DNA from: Eledone cirrhosa
Taxonomy: Eukaryota
Assembly: GCA_964016885.1 (NCBI GenBank)
Contig: CAXHJY010001648.1
Span: 8,245-72,244 of the forward strand
DNA length: 64,000 nucleotides
Direction of reading: 5' to 3'
Shown here: one piece after another, positions 14,290-26,994 of the stretch
Numbering within the stretch: the first letter of the stretch is position 1
Layout: every line of letters begins with the position of its first letter
Translations under genes and position numbers: made by a program
The notes under the pieces: model-generated
Database searches by the model: none
Told to the model about the DNA's origin: nothing
What the model saw: the letters and a program-made list of their open reading frames with translations, nothing else

Positions 14290-14330
14290 ATATATATATA
14301 TGTATGTATATATATATATATATATGTATG

Positions 14331-14361
<31 letters not shown>

Positions 14362-14374
14362 ATATATATATATG

Positions 14375-14421
<47 letters not shown>

Positions 14422-14574
14422 ATATATATATATATGTATGTATATATATATATATATATGTATGTATATATATATGTATGTATATATATATATATATGTA
14501 TGTATATATATATATATATATATGTATGTATATATATATGTATGTATATATATATATATATGTATGTATGTACG

Positions 14575-14607
<33 letters not shown>

Positions 14608-14994
14608 ACACATATATATGTATGTATATATATATAGATATGTGTGTATACATACATATGTACATATATATGTATATATATATATATATATATATGCATA
14701 TATATATATATATGCATATATATATATGTATGCATATATATATATGTATGCATATATATATATATGTATTCATATATATATATGCATGCATATATATGTA
14801 TGCATATATATATGTATGCATATATATTTGTGAATACATGTATATTTCTATGCATATATATATGTATGTATATATGTATATATATATGCATGTATTTATA
14901 TATATATATATGCATGTATGTATATATATATATATATGTATGTATATGTATGTATATATATATATATATATATGTATGTATATATATATGTATT

Positions 14995-15025
<31 letters not shown>

Positions 15026-15457
15026 ATATATGTATTTATATATTTAAATATATGTATATATATATATATGTATGTACATATATATGTATCTATATATATA
15101 AATATATATACATACATATATATATACATACATATATATATATATACATACATGCATATATATATACATATATACATAAATATATATATATATGTATGCA
15201 TATATATATATGTACATATATATATATATATAGGTATGCATATATATATATAGTTATGCATATATATATATATAAATATATATGTATGCATACATATATA
15301 TATATATATACATACATATATATATATATGCATACATATATATATATATATACATACATATATATATATATATATATACATACATACAAATATATATACA
15401 TACATATATATATATGCATACATACATATATACATACAGACATATATATACATACAA

Positions 15458-15494
<37 letters not shown>

Positions 15495-16022
15495 CATACA
15501 TACATATATATTCATACATACATACATATATATATGCATACATACATATATATATATAAATATATAGGTATGCATATATATTTATATATAGGTATGTATA
15601 TATATATAGGTATGCATATATATGTAGGTATGCATATATATATATATATATATATGTAGGTATGCATAGATATATACATATATGCCTATATATATGTATG
15701 TATATATGTATTCATATATATATATATGTATGTATAAATGTATGCAAATATATATATGTATGTATAAATGTATGCAAATATATATATGTATGTATATATG
15801 TATGCATATATATATGTATGTATATATGTATGCATATATATATATGTATGTATATATGTATGCATATATATATATATGCATATTAATATGTATATATATG
15901 TGTGTGTATATATAAATATGTATGTATATATATATATGAATGTATATATGTGTATGTATATACGTATGTATATATATGTGTATGTATATACGTATGTATA
16001 TATATATATGTATATACGTATG

Positions 16023-16111
<89 letters not shown>

Positions 16112-16112
16112 G

Positions 16113-16159
<47 letters not shown>

Positions 16160-16268
16160 TTATGTATATATATATATTTATGTATATAAATATATTTATG
16201 TATATATATTTATGTATATATATATATTTATGTATATATATATATTTATGTATATATATATATTTATG

Positions 16269-16313
<45 letters not shown>

Positions 16314-16412
16314 TTATGTATATATATATATGCATGTATATATATATGTATGTATATAAATATGTATATATATTTGTATGTATATATATATATATATACG
16401 TATGTATACATA

Positions 16413-16890
16413 TGTCAGGTCACCAGTTGGTGCTACCGGTAACATGTATCCCAGTACAACCTGTCTCATGGTCGGGTCGTTGGCGACTAAACTGGCAACA
16501 GCACCAATGTTTCTTGGTGAGGAGGGTGACTTTGGACATCCTGCAGGAGTAAAAACAAAACCTGTCATTGGGAAAGGGAGCTCTTAAGAGTCAATGGCCA
16601 TCCAAAATCAGCGGGAGAGATGACCCCTTAGCCTTTGTCAAGGCAGAATTCTAGGAGAAGGAAAACTCTGATATAACACATTGCTTTATATCTGGAGATC
16701 TCTCTGCACTTGTCGTTACATGGTACCATGGGCCCAGCACTATGTGTCAATAATTGTTACAAGTGTAGTGATTGTACCAGAGTTTTCAAGTCGCTGGCTG
16801 GACTAAAAAGTCACACTCGTTCAGCTCATCGGTAGGGGTTCTCCTACATGGATATAAAGTAGTGGCTCGAAAACGAGTTGGCAGCCACCA
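16413..16890 (+). mobile_element. ~600 bp non-autonomous repeat, copy 1 (internal deletion near 16680)
   Basis: Near-identical to 19310-19919, 20434-20843 and 61451-62014; contains ctaggagaaggaaaactctg, reminiscent of RTE 5' UTRs. Confidence 0.85.
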
Positions 16891-17074
16891 TGTATATATA
16901 TGTATGTATTTATATGTATGCATATATATATATATGTATGTATATATATGTATCCATATATATATAAATATACGTACGCTTATATATATATATATATATA
17001 TATATGTATGCATATATATATAAATATATGTACGCATATATATATATGTATGCATATATATATATATGTGAGCA

Positions 17075-17115
<41 letters not shown>

Positions 17116-17460
17116 GTATATATATATATGTATGCATATATATATGTATGCATATATATATGTATGTATATATACATGTATGTATATATATATGTATGCA
17201 TATATATATGTATGTATGTATATAAATATGTATATATATGTATGTATATATATATATGTATGTATATACATATATGTATGTATATATATATATGTATGTA
17301 TGTATATATATATATATGTATATATATATATGTATGTATATATGTATGTATATATATGTATATATATATATGTATGTATATATGTATGTATATATATATA
17401 TATATATGTATGTATATATGTATGTATATATATATATATATATGTATGTATATATGTATG

Positions 17461-17493
<33 letters not shown>

Positions 17494-17550
17494 ATGTATG
17501 TATGTATATGTATGTATATATATATGAATGTATATATATATGTATGTATG

Positions 17551-17587
<37 letters not shown>

Positions 17588-17720
17588 TTATATATATATA
17601 TATATATATGTATGTATATATATATGTATGTATATTTATATATGTATGTATATATATATGTTTATATATGTATGTATATATATATGTATATATATGTATA
17701 TATATGTATGTATATATATG

Positions 17721-17757
<37 letters not shown>

Positions 17758-17758
17758 G

Positions 17759-17791
<33 letters not shown>

Positions 17792-17838
17792 GTATATGTA
17801 TGTATATATATGTATATGTATGTATATATATGTATATG

Positions 17839-17870
<32 letters not shown>

Positions 17871-18114
17871 TATATGTATGAGAGACGTAAAATAAAAAAA
17901 TTATAAAATTAACTTACTTACTAAAATATCACTTCCAACTAAATAGTTTCTGGAATGGAATAAATATGTATATATATATATATATGTATATATATATGTA
18001 TATATATGTATATATATATGTAATGGAAACATTTGAACAGGGACAAAACAGAGAGAGGGACTTGATGTCTTGGGTGAAGAGGAATGTATATATATATATG
18101 TATATATGTATATA

Positions 18115-18158
<44 letters not shown>

Positions 18159-18203
18159 TGTATATGTATATATATATATATATAAATATGTATATCTATA
18201 TAT

Positions 18204-18597
18204 ACGATATTAAATAAATGGAAACTATATTTATAAAATCATATTTATTTCACTATATATATTTCAGGGATATCATATTAACAATATGTTATGCCTTCTT
18301 CAGACAAAATACAATATAGACAGTTTTATAAATAAATAGATTTGACATACCGTTCAACATCGACTTGTATTTGAAAAGTTGATTTGGCTGTCTATATTGT
18401 ATTTTGTCTGAAGAAGGCATAACATATTGTTAATATGATATCCCTGAAATATATATAGTGAAATAAATATGGTTTTATAAATATAGTTTCCATTTATTTA
18501 ATATCGTAAATATACTCCAAATACTTGTTGAGTGCTTTTATATCAGTTATAAATATTTACTAGTTGTAACCCAACAATTTAAATATAACTTTCCATA
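18204..18597. mobile_element. Fold-back mini-element F2 with HHRs at 18246-18311 (-) and 18400-18465 (+)
   Basis: tattttgt-CTGAAGA-aggcataacatatt..aatatgatatccct-GAAAT-atat-ATA-gtgaaata on both arms. Confidence 0.85.
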
Positions 18598-18601
18598 TAT
18601 C

Positions 18602-18634
<33 letters not shown>

Positions 18635-18695
18635 CTATATATGTATATATATGTATATGTATATATATGTATATATATATATATGTATATATATG

Positions 18696-18726
<31 letters not shown>

Positions 18727-18936
18727 GTTTGTATATATATGTATGTATATATATGTATATATATAATATATGTAAGTATATATATGAATGTATATATATG
18801 TATATATATAATATATGTAAGTATATATATGCATGTATATGTATATATATATATATGTTTGTATATATATGTATATATATATATCTATATATATAATATA
18901 TGTAAGTATATATATGCATGTATATATATATATATG

Positions 18937-18988
<52 letters not shown>

Positions 18989-19132
18989 TATGTATGTATA
19001 TATATATATGTATATATATGTATATGTATATATATATGTATGTATATATATATATGTATATATATATGTATGTATATATATGTATATATATATATATGTA
19101 TATATGTATGTATATATATATATGTATATATA

Positions 19133-19221
<89 letters not shown>

Positions 19222-19222
19222 G

Positions 19223-19283
<61 letters not shown>

Positions 19284-19309
19284 GTATGTATATATATATA
19301 TATATATTA

Positions 19310-19919
19310 TGTCAGGTCACCAGTTGGTGCTACTGGTAACATGTATCCCAGTACAACCTGTCTCATGGTCGGGTCGTTGGCGACTAAACTGGCAACCCCA
19401 CCGAGGTTTCTTGGTGAGGAGGGTGACTTTGGACATCCTGCAGGACTAAAAACAAAACCTGTCAAAGGGCAAAGGAGCTCTTAAGAGTCAATAGCCATCC
19501 AAAATCACCGGGAGAGATGACCCCTTAGCCTTTGTCAAGGCAGAATTCTAGGAGAAGGAAAACTCTGATATAATACCTGCAACCCTGATGGTATCCAATG
19601 ATGTTGACTTGTTCTTCTTTTTGGTAAATATCATCTTGGTTAAGAGAGTGGGACTGGCTTTGTGCAGTGCCTTTGCTCACTATAAAAGCTTCACGGCACA
19701 GGCATTGCTTTGTATCTGGAGATCTCTTTGCACTTGTCGTCACATAGTACCATGGGCCCAGCACTATGTGTCAATAATTGTCACAAGTGTAGTGTTTGTA
19801 CCAGAGTTTTCAATACGCTGGCTGGACTAAAAAGTCACACTTGTTCAGGGCATCGGTAGGAGTTCTCCTACATGGATATAAAGTAGTGGCCGTACTCGAA
19901 AACGAGTTGGCAGCCACCA
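19310..19919 (+). mobile_element. ~600 bp repeat, full-length copy 2
   Basis: Homologous to the other three copies; (TA)n on both flanks. Confidence 0.85.
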
Positions 19920-20433
19920 TATATATATATGTATGTATGTGTCTATATATATATATGTGTGTATGTGTCTATGTATATATGTGTATGTATGTGGATATAT
20001 ATATGTATATGTGTGGATATATATGTATATGTGTATGTATATGGATATATATGTGTATATGGATATATATATATGTGTGTGTATGTGTATATATATATAT
20101 ATATGTATGTGTATGTATGTGTATGTATGTATGTATATGTATATATGTGTATGTATGTGTATGTGTATATGTATGTATGTATGTGTATATGTGTATATGT
20201 ATGTATGTATGTGTATATGTGTATATATATGTATGTATGTGTATGTGTATATATGTATGTATGTGTATATGTGTGTATATGTGTATGTATGTGTATGTAT
20301 ATATATGTATGTATGTGTATGTATATGTATGTATGTGTATGTATATGTGTATATGTGTATGTATGTATGTGTATATATATATATGTATGTGTATGTATAT
20401 ATATATATATATATGTATGTGTATATATATGTT

Positions 20434-20843
20434 GGGAGAGATGACCCCTTAGCCTTTGTCAAGGCAGAATTCTAGGAGAAGGAAAACTCTGATATAACAC
20501 CTGCAACTCTGATGGTATCCAATGATGTTGACTTGTTCTTCTTTTTGGTAAATATCATCTTGGTTAAGAGAGTGGGACTGGCTTTGTGCAGTGCCTTTGC
20601 TCACTATAAAAGCTTCACGGCACAGGCATTGCTTTATATCTGTATATCTCTCTGCACTTGTCATCACATGGTACCATGGGCCCAGCACTATGTGTCAATA
20701 ATTGTCACAAGTGTAGTGTTTGTACCAGAATTTTCAAGTCACTGGCTGGACTAAAAAGTCACACTTGATTAGCACATCGGTAGGGGTTCTCCTACATGGA
20801 TATAAAGTAGTGGCCGTACTCGAAACCGAGTTGGCAGCCACCA
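20434..20843 (+). mobile_element. ~600 bp repeat, 5'-truncated copy 3
   Basis: Same 3' end gagttggcagccacca followed by (TA)n. Confidence 0.85.
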
Positions 20844-21043
20844 TATATATATATATATATTTATATATGTATGTATATATATATATATTTATATATGTAT
20901 GTATATATATATATATTTATATATGTATGTATATATATATATATTTATATATGTATGTATATATATATATATATATATTTATATATGTATCTATATATAT
21001 ATATATATTTATGTATATATATATATATATATATATATTTATG

Positions 21044-21087
<44 letters not shown>

Positions 21088-21115
21088 GTTATATAAGTAT
21101 TTACCCATGTTTTAT

Positions 21116-21193
21116 ATTGCCTCGTCTGACGAACGAATGAAGTCGTTTATTTCGTATTCGCCTCATTCGGGAAACCTCTGGTAATGAGGTAAT
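21116..21193 (+). ncRNA. Intact type I hammerhead ribozyme
   Basis: attgcctcgt-CTGACGA-a-cgaatga...tcattcg-g-GAAAC-ctctg-GTA-atgaggtaat; 10 bp stem I; lies in a ~140 bp insert in (TA)n. Confidence 0.88.
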
Positions 21194-21255
21194 TATATTG
21201 TATTGATTTTTATACATTATATATATTTATATATATATATATATATTTATGTATG

Positions 21256-21290
<35 letters not shown>

Positions 21291-21307
21291 ATATATATAT
21301 ATTTATG

Positions 21308-21354
<47 letters not shown>

Positions 21355-21785
21355 TTATATATATATATATTTATGTATGTATATATATATTTATATATAT
21401 ATTTATATATATATATATATAAATATATATGTATGTATATATATATATATATATATTTATGTATGTATATATATATATATATATATATTTATGTATGTAT
21501 ATATATATATATATATATATTTATGTATGTATATATATATATATATATATATTTATGTATGTATATATATATATATATATATATTTATGTATGTATAGAT
21601 ATATATATATATATATTCATGTATGTATATATATATATATATTTATGTATGTATATATATATATATATTTATGTATGTATATATATATATATATTTATGT
21701 ATGTATATATATATGTATGTATATATATATGTATGTATATATATATATATATATGTATGTATATATATATATATATATATGTATG

Positions 21786-21822
<37 letters not shown>

Positions 21823-22315
21823 GTATGTATATATATATATATATATATATTTATGTATGTATATATATATATATATGTATGTATATATATATATATATGT
21901 ATGTATATATATATATTTATGTATGTATATATATATATATATGTATGTATATATATATATATGTATGTATATATATATATATGTATGTATATATATATAT
22001 ATATATGTATGTATATATATATATATATATGTATGTATATATATATATATATATATGTATGTATATATATATATATTTATGTATGTATATATATATATAT
22101 ATTTATGTATGTATATATATATATATATAAATATATATGCATGTATATATATATATATATATATTTATGTATGTATATATATATAAATATATATTTATGT
22201 ATGTATATATATATATATATATTTATGTATGTATATATATATATATATATTTATATATGTATATATATATATATATATATTTATGTATGTATATATATAT
22301 ATTTATTTATATATG

Positions 22316-22358
<43 letters not shown>

Positions 22359-22441
22359 GTATGTATATATTTATATATGTATGTATATATGTATGTATAT
22401 ATTTATATATGTATGTATATATATATATATATATATTTATG

Positions 22442-22478
<37 letters not shown>

Positions 22479-23404
22479 GTATGTATATATATATTTATAT
22501 ATGTATGTATACGTATATATCTGTGTGTGTGTATGTATATTTTAAACAAACACAAGCACCCATACTCTGAAATGTATAACAGACATGTTTACTTATGAAT
22601 ATTATATATCTATATTGTTTCCTTAAAGTTTCTTTGATATAACTGATATTAAACCTACAACAATGCTTCCTTCCCAATTTAATATCCCCTATAATATCCA
22701 TAGTCTTTTAATATATCATTTTTATTTCATATTATTCTCACGATATTTTCCTTCCTTCAGGTTGCTATGCGGAATATAGAGCATAGAAAGAAATTATGAA
22801 AAATATAACGATTTTATATGGTTTGTTTAAATCACATGAAACATTTTTTTTAAAATTTAATGTATGTATTTCGAAAATGTTTTTTTTAGTTAATGGTGAT
22901 GAGTTTCATACGATAGCAACATTTGTTGAATTTTTAATAATTTCGTCACAGAAGCATTGGAAGTCATTCTAAACTATTGATGCCCTCTCATAAAATGGTC
23001 TGCTTCAATCGGTCGATATATGTCCTGAGAGTTTTCAGTTTAGTCATTGTCTACAAAATAAGAAGCGTATATAAGGAGACACCAATTTTTGAGACTGTGG
23101 GTAATTGAGCTAAGTTTTAAATCTGAACAACCCAATCTCTCGGCGTCGATGACGTTTACTTTTTCCCAAAATAAGTCTCAAAAATCTACCACGTGTCCTG
23201 GGGGCCGAAGGTAGTTTACTATATTTTTTCAAATATTTAATTTTCAATATTAGAGTGCGTCCTCGAGGACGAAATGTCGTCAGCGCCGGGAAATACGGTA
23301 TGTATAGTCTTGTAACTCCTGATAGAGTCGTAGTGCGCCTTATTGACATATGGCGTATCTTGGGCATTTTAAGCCTGGCGGAGCCGATTCCCCTTCAGGA
23401 CTGA

Positions 23405-23745
23405 GTACTGTAGATTTCTTGCAGAGGGAGGAATAATCGACCCCAGTACTAGACTGATATTTCTTTATCGACCTTGAAAGGATGAAAGGCATTTGAACTA
23501 AGATAGCCGGAACGAATAATTTAAAGCATTCTATCTGACGTTCTAACCACTCTACCATTCTATCTGACGTTCTAACCACTCTACCATTCTATCTGACGTT
23601 CTAATGACTCTACCATTCTATCTGACGTTCTAACCACTCTACCATTCTATCAGACGTTCTACACCACTCTACCATTCTATCTGATGTTCTAACCACTCTA
23701 CCATTCTACCCGACGTTTTAAGTACTCTGCCAATTCGCCACCTTT
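23405..23745 (-). mobile_element. tRNA-derived SINE with an internal 29 bp tandem expansion (23527-23730, ~7 copies)
   Basis: Minus strand starts ggtggcgaattggcagag, then repeats of ttagaacgtcagatagaatggtagagtgg, then cctttcatcctttcaaggtcgataa...ctggggtcgat. Confidence 0.75.
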
Positions 23746-23843
23746 ATAAATCTCAAGTACTTTATTTAAAACATGTTATACACATGTTATTTGGTGTCCA
23801 TTTTTCTCTAGCGAAAAGCATTTCTCTCAATTTAATTACATCT

Positions 23844-24480
23844 ATGGTATGGTATGACATGGTGTGATATGGTATGTATGGTATACTATTATACGGTATG
23901 GTGTGGTATGGCATGGTATGTTATGGTATGATATGGAGGGATATGGTATGGTATAATATTATATGGTATGGTTTGGTATGGCATGGTATATTATGATATG
24001 ATGTGGTATGGTATGGTATACTATTATATGGTATGGTATGGTGCTGTATGTTATGGTATGGCATGATGTGGTATGGCATGATATGGTATGATATGGTAAG
24101 GGTGGATATGGTTTGGTATGGTGTGGTATGATATGGTGTAGTATGGTATATTATGGTATGGTATGGTATGGTATGGTTTATTATGGTGTGGTGTGGTATG
24201 GTGTGGTATGGTATGGTGTTGCATGGTGTGGCATGGCATGGTATGGTGTGGTATGGTATGGTATAGTATGGTACGATATGGTATATTATGGTGTGGTGTG
24301 GTATGGTATGGTGTGGTATGGCATGGTATTGTGTGGTGTGGTATGGTGTGGTGTGGTATGGTGTGATACGGTATGATGTGGCATTTTATGGTGTGGTGTA
24401 ATATGATAAGGTATGGTGTAGTATGGTATAGTATGGTATAGTATAGTATGGTATGGTGTGATATAGTATGGTATGGTGTG
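23844..24480. repeat. (ATGGT)n-type pentanucleotide satellite
   Basis: Degenerate tatgg/tgtgg repeats. Confidence 0.95.
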
Positions 24481-25385
24481 GCCCCATAACTACTGATGAA
24501 ATGATAGTGTGCATTATAGTGACATACAGCGTTTCTTGATCATTTCAAAAATTCTAGGGCCCAAACTTTTCCGGATCTAGATACAGCAGATTTCTTCCAG
24601 AAAAGTATAGAAATTGAGAGTGAAAGAGAGGGAGTAAGAAAGAGATATAGAAGAAGAATGGAACCCAGTATAAAGCTGGTTCTTTTTTTCGAGCCCGAAT
24701 GGATGAAATGAAAAGGTGACCTTGGTAGACTTAATACCGCAAACCCTTCTATCCAGCGTTCAAACGAATCTAACAAATCGTCGCCTAATTCCAAATAATG
24801 TTTATTATATGAATTATATTTTACGAAAAGTTATATAATGAGGGAGATATGAAATAGAAAGATAAAAACAAAATTAAGTAATGAAAAGAGGGGTAAGGAA
24901 TAAAGAAGGGCAGATCTGGTTGTATGAGAAGAGAGAGGAAATGACTATAACAATCTAAACTATAATAAAGTAAGAAGCGCGGGACTGCGTACGGTTTATA
25001 ATTTGTTATCCCATTAGTAAAATAAGTTGGATTACTTTGAATAAATAATGAATGAATATTGCATAATTTATCTACTAAATTTCCTGGCTGTTCATTAAAT
25101 ATATTTTATTATTTATTTAAAGATTCACTTCTATAACATTTTCAAATGTCAACACTTCCGGTGGCGATCGCTTAAATAAACATTAATTTTCTACACTAAT
25201 TTTCTCTTAATGCAGTTTATATATAATATCATCTTGTATCATTGATTACGTTACTGATTACATAAGACAGTGTAACGCAGTCTTCATTCAATTTCTGTGT
25301 ATATTGCCAATTATGATTTTATTTGACGTATCATATCTACATGTATATATACTTGCGTATAATATCAATATACACACTACACATG

Positions 25386-25423
25386 CTAGTAGAAAACCAC
25401 CAGAAGGGTGGTTTTTCTGCTAG
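25386..25423 (+). mobile_element. Helitron 3' terminus (hairpin plus CTAG), same family as 49549-49590
   Basis: ctagtagaaaaccacc-agaag-ggtggtttttctgCTAG|t; the upstream sequence resembles the reverse complement of 49590-49610. Confidence 0.6.
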
Positions 25424-25870
25424 TACATATAATAGAGAGTATCCATCCTTCTCAAGTATAAATATTTCTCTCTCTTGGTCTTTGTTTTCACCGTATAAAA
25501 ATGTATGGGTATTGGATTTGTAACGTTCAATATTTCAAGTACTTCCTTAAAAATATTATACACACTATCGAGTATCTAATCTTGTCTTAGTATGAAATAT
25601 TTCTTTCTTCCAATTATAATTCTCAGCGTGTAACAATCCAGGGTGGGAGAAGTATTTGTAGCGAGTGTGGGTGTGTGGAAGAATTTATTTCCATAAAAAT
25701 GTTGAAATGCTTTCACTCATCAGAGTTGTTCATTTGTCTATTTGTTCTTTTCCTGGTTTCACTCATTTTACTGAGACCATGCTGGAGCACAACTTTACTC
25801 CAATGAGAACTGTAAATATGTAATGGAGTGCTAACGACCCTAATTAGGAGATTGCTATATTAATTAGTGA

Positions 25871-26143
25871 GGAGGCGCGTGTTCGAGTGGTAAGCGTATT
25901 GTACTTACGGTTATAATGTCGTGGTTTCGATTCCTGAAGTGTGTTATGTGTTGTGTTCTTGAACAAATCGCTTCACTTCGTTTTGCTCCAGATTACTTAA
26001 CTGAAAATGAGTACTAGCAACAGCTGGGGATTTAACATTGCAATGGACTGGCCATGTGTTAGTCTTGTACTCTAAGTCACTTAACGCCACGGAACCCCAG
26101 ATAAACGCAGGCTTGATGAGCCTCGGTGCTCAAGACAGACTTT
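25871..26143 (+). mobile_element. Diverged tRNA-derived SINE
   Basis: ggaggcgcgtg..agtgg A-box-like, gtttcgattcc B-box, tgtgttcttgaacaa core. Confidence 0.7.
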
Positions 26144-26458
26144 AGATATTAAACAGTTGGTGCTTAGAGGCAATCGTATATCGATGAGTTGAGTGGAGTC
26201 CACAGAACTATCGATCTCTCGATTGCTTCTATAATATATTGTCAATATCCGTTCGGCCAGCCACGCTCTCTTTAATCGATTAGATCTCCTTGAAATGGAA
26301 AAAAATGGTGACTAAATGACTTTTTAGCACAATCGATATTTCAACCACGAAGCTTTCTAAAAATATCTAACTGCACAAGTGCACTGTCATTCGTTGTTTC
26401 TTTTATACATACATATATTCATACGAATTTGATATTAGAATTTAGTTTCATATTATTG

Positions 26459-26499
<41 letters not shown>

Positions 26500-26994
26500 G
26501 TTGTTGTTATTGTTATTATCGATGTTATTGTAAATGTCAGCTATAAAAACAAGTTTAAGCGTAAGAATTGAAAGAGACAAATATGTTAGTCTGGGTTTGG
26601 ACAATATCTGGGGTTTTTTTAGAAAGAATTTTCAGATAATTGATAATCGTTGTGTGTTGCCCCGGCATGACCTTATCCGCTTCGCTTGAACACGTAATAG
26701 TGTGATAGAGTAATAGAGTACTGATTCTAGCATTTCTCAATGGTGAAGGAGCCCTTGGAAAAGATTGCTGTTCTTGTTCTTGTGTAGAGTTGTGGCGTTC
26801 ATCCGTCACCCGATTTAATATCGCCAGGTCGTGGTACTTCTGTGACTTTAATGGAATTCACTCTGATGTATGTGTATGTAGTGGCATTCATCCATCACTT
26901 AGTTTAACATCTTGGATCGTGGTACTGACAGGACTGTAGGGAAATTCTCTAATTTAGTTGACATTATGTGCTCCGTGGTCTTGGTTTAGCAAAT

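Noticed and set aside
19311-19392. HDV-like ribozyme call
   Set aside because: P2-, P3- and J4/2-like pieces are present but no P1 3' strand could be placed; left as an unresolved structure.
19525-19830. Recurrent ~80 aa ORFs (MLGPWY.../MVSNDV...)
   Set aside because: They recur only because the repeat is multicopy; no recognisable domain, and copy 1 deletes part of the region.
23527-23730. CRISPR-like 29 bp repeats
   Set aside because: Contiguous tandem units with no unique spacers, no cas genes, and a eukaryotic SINE context.
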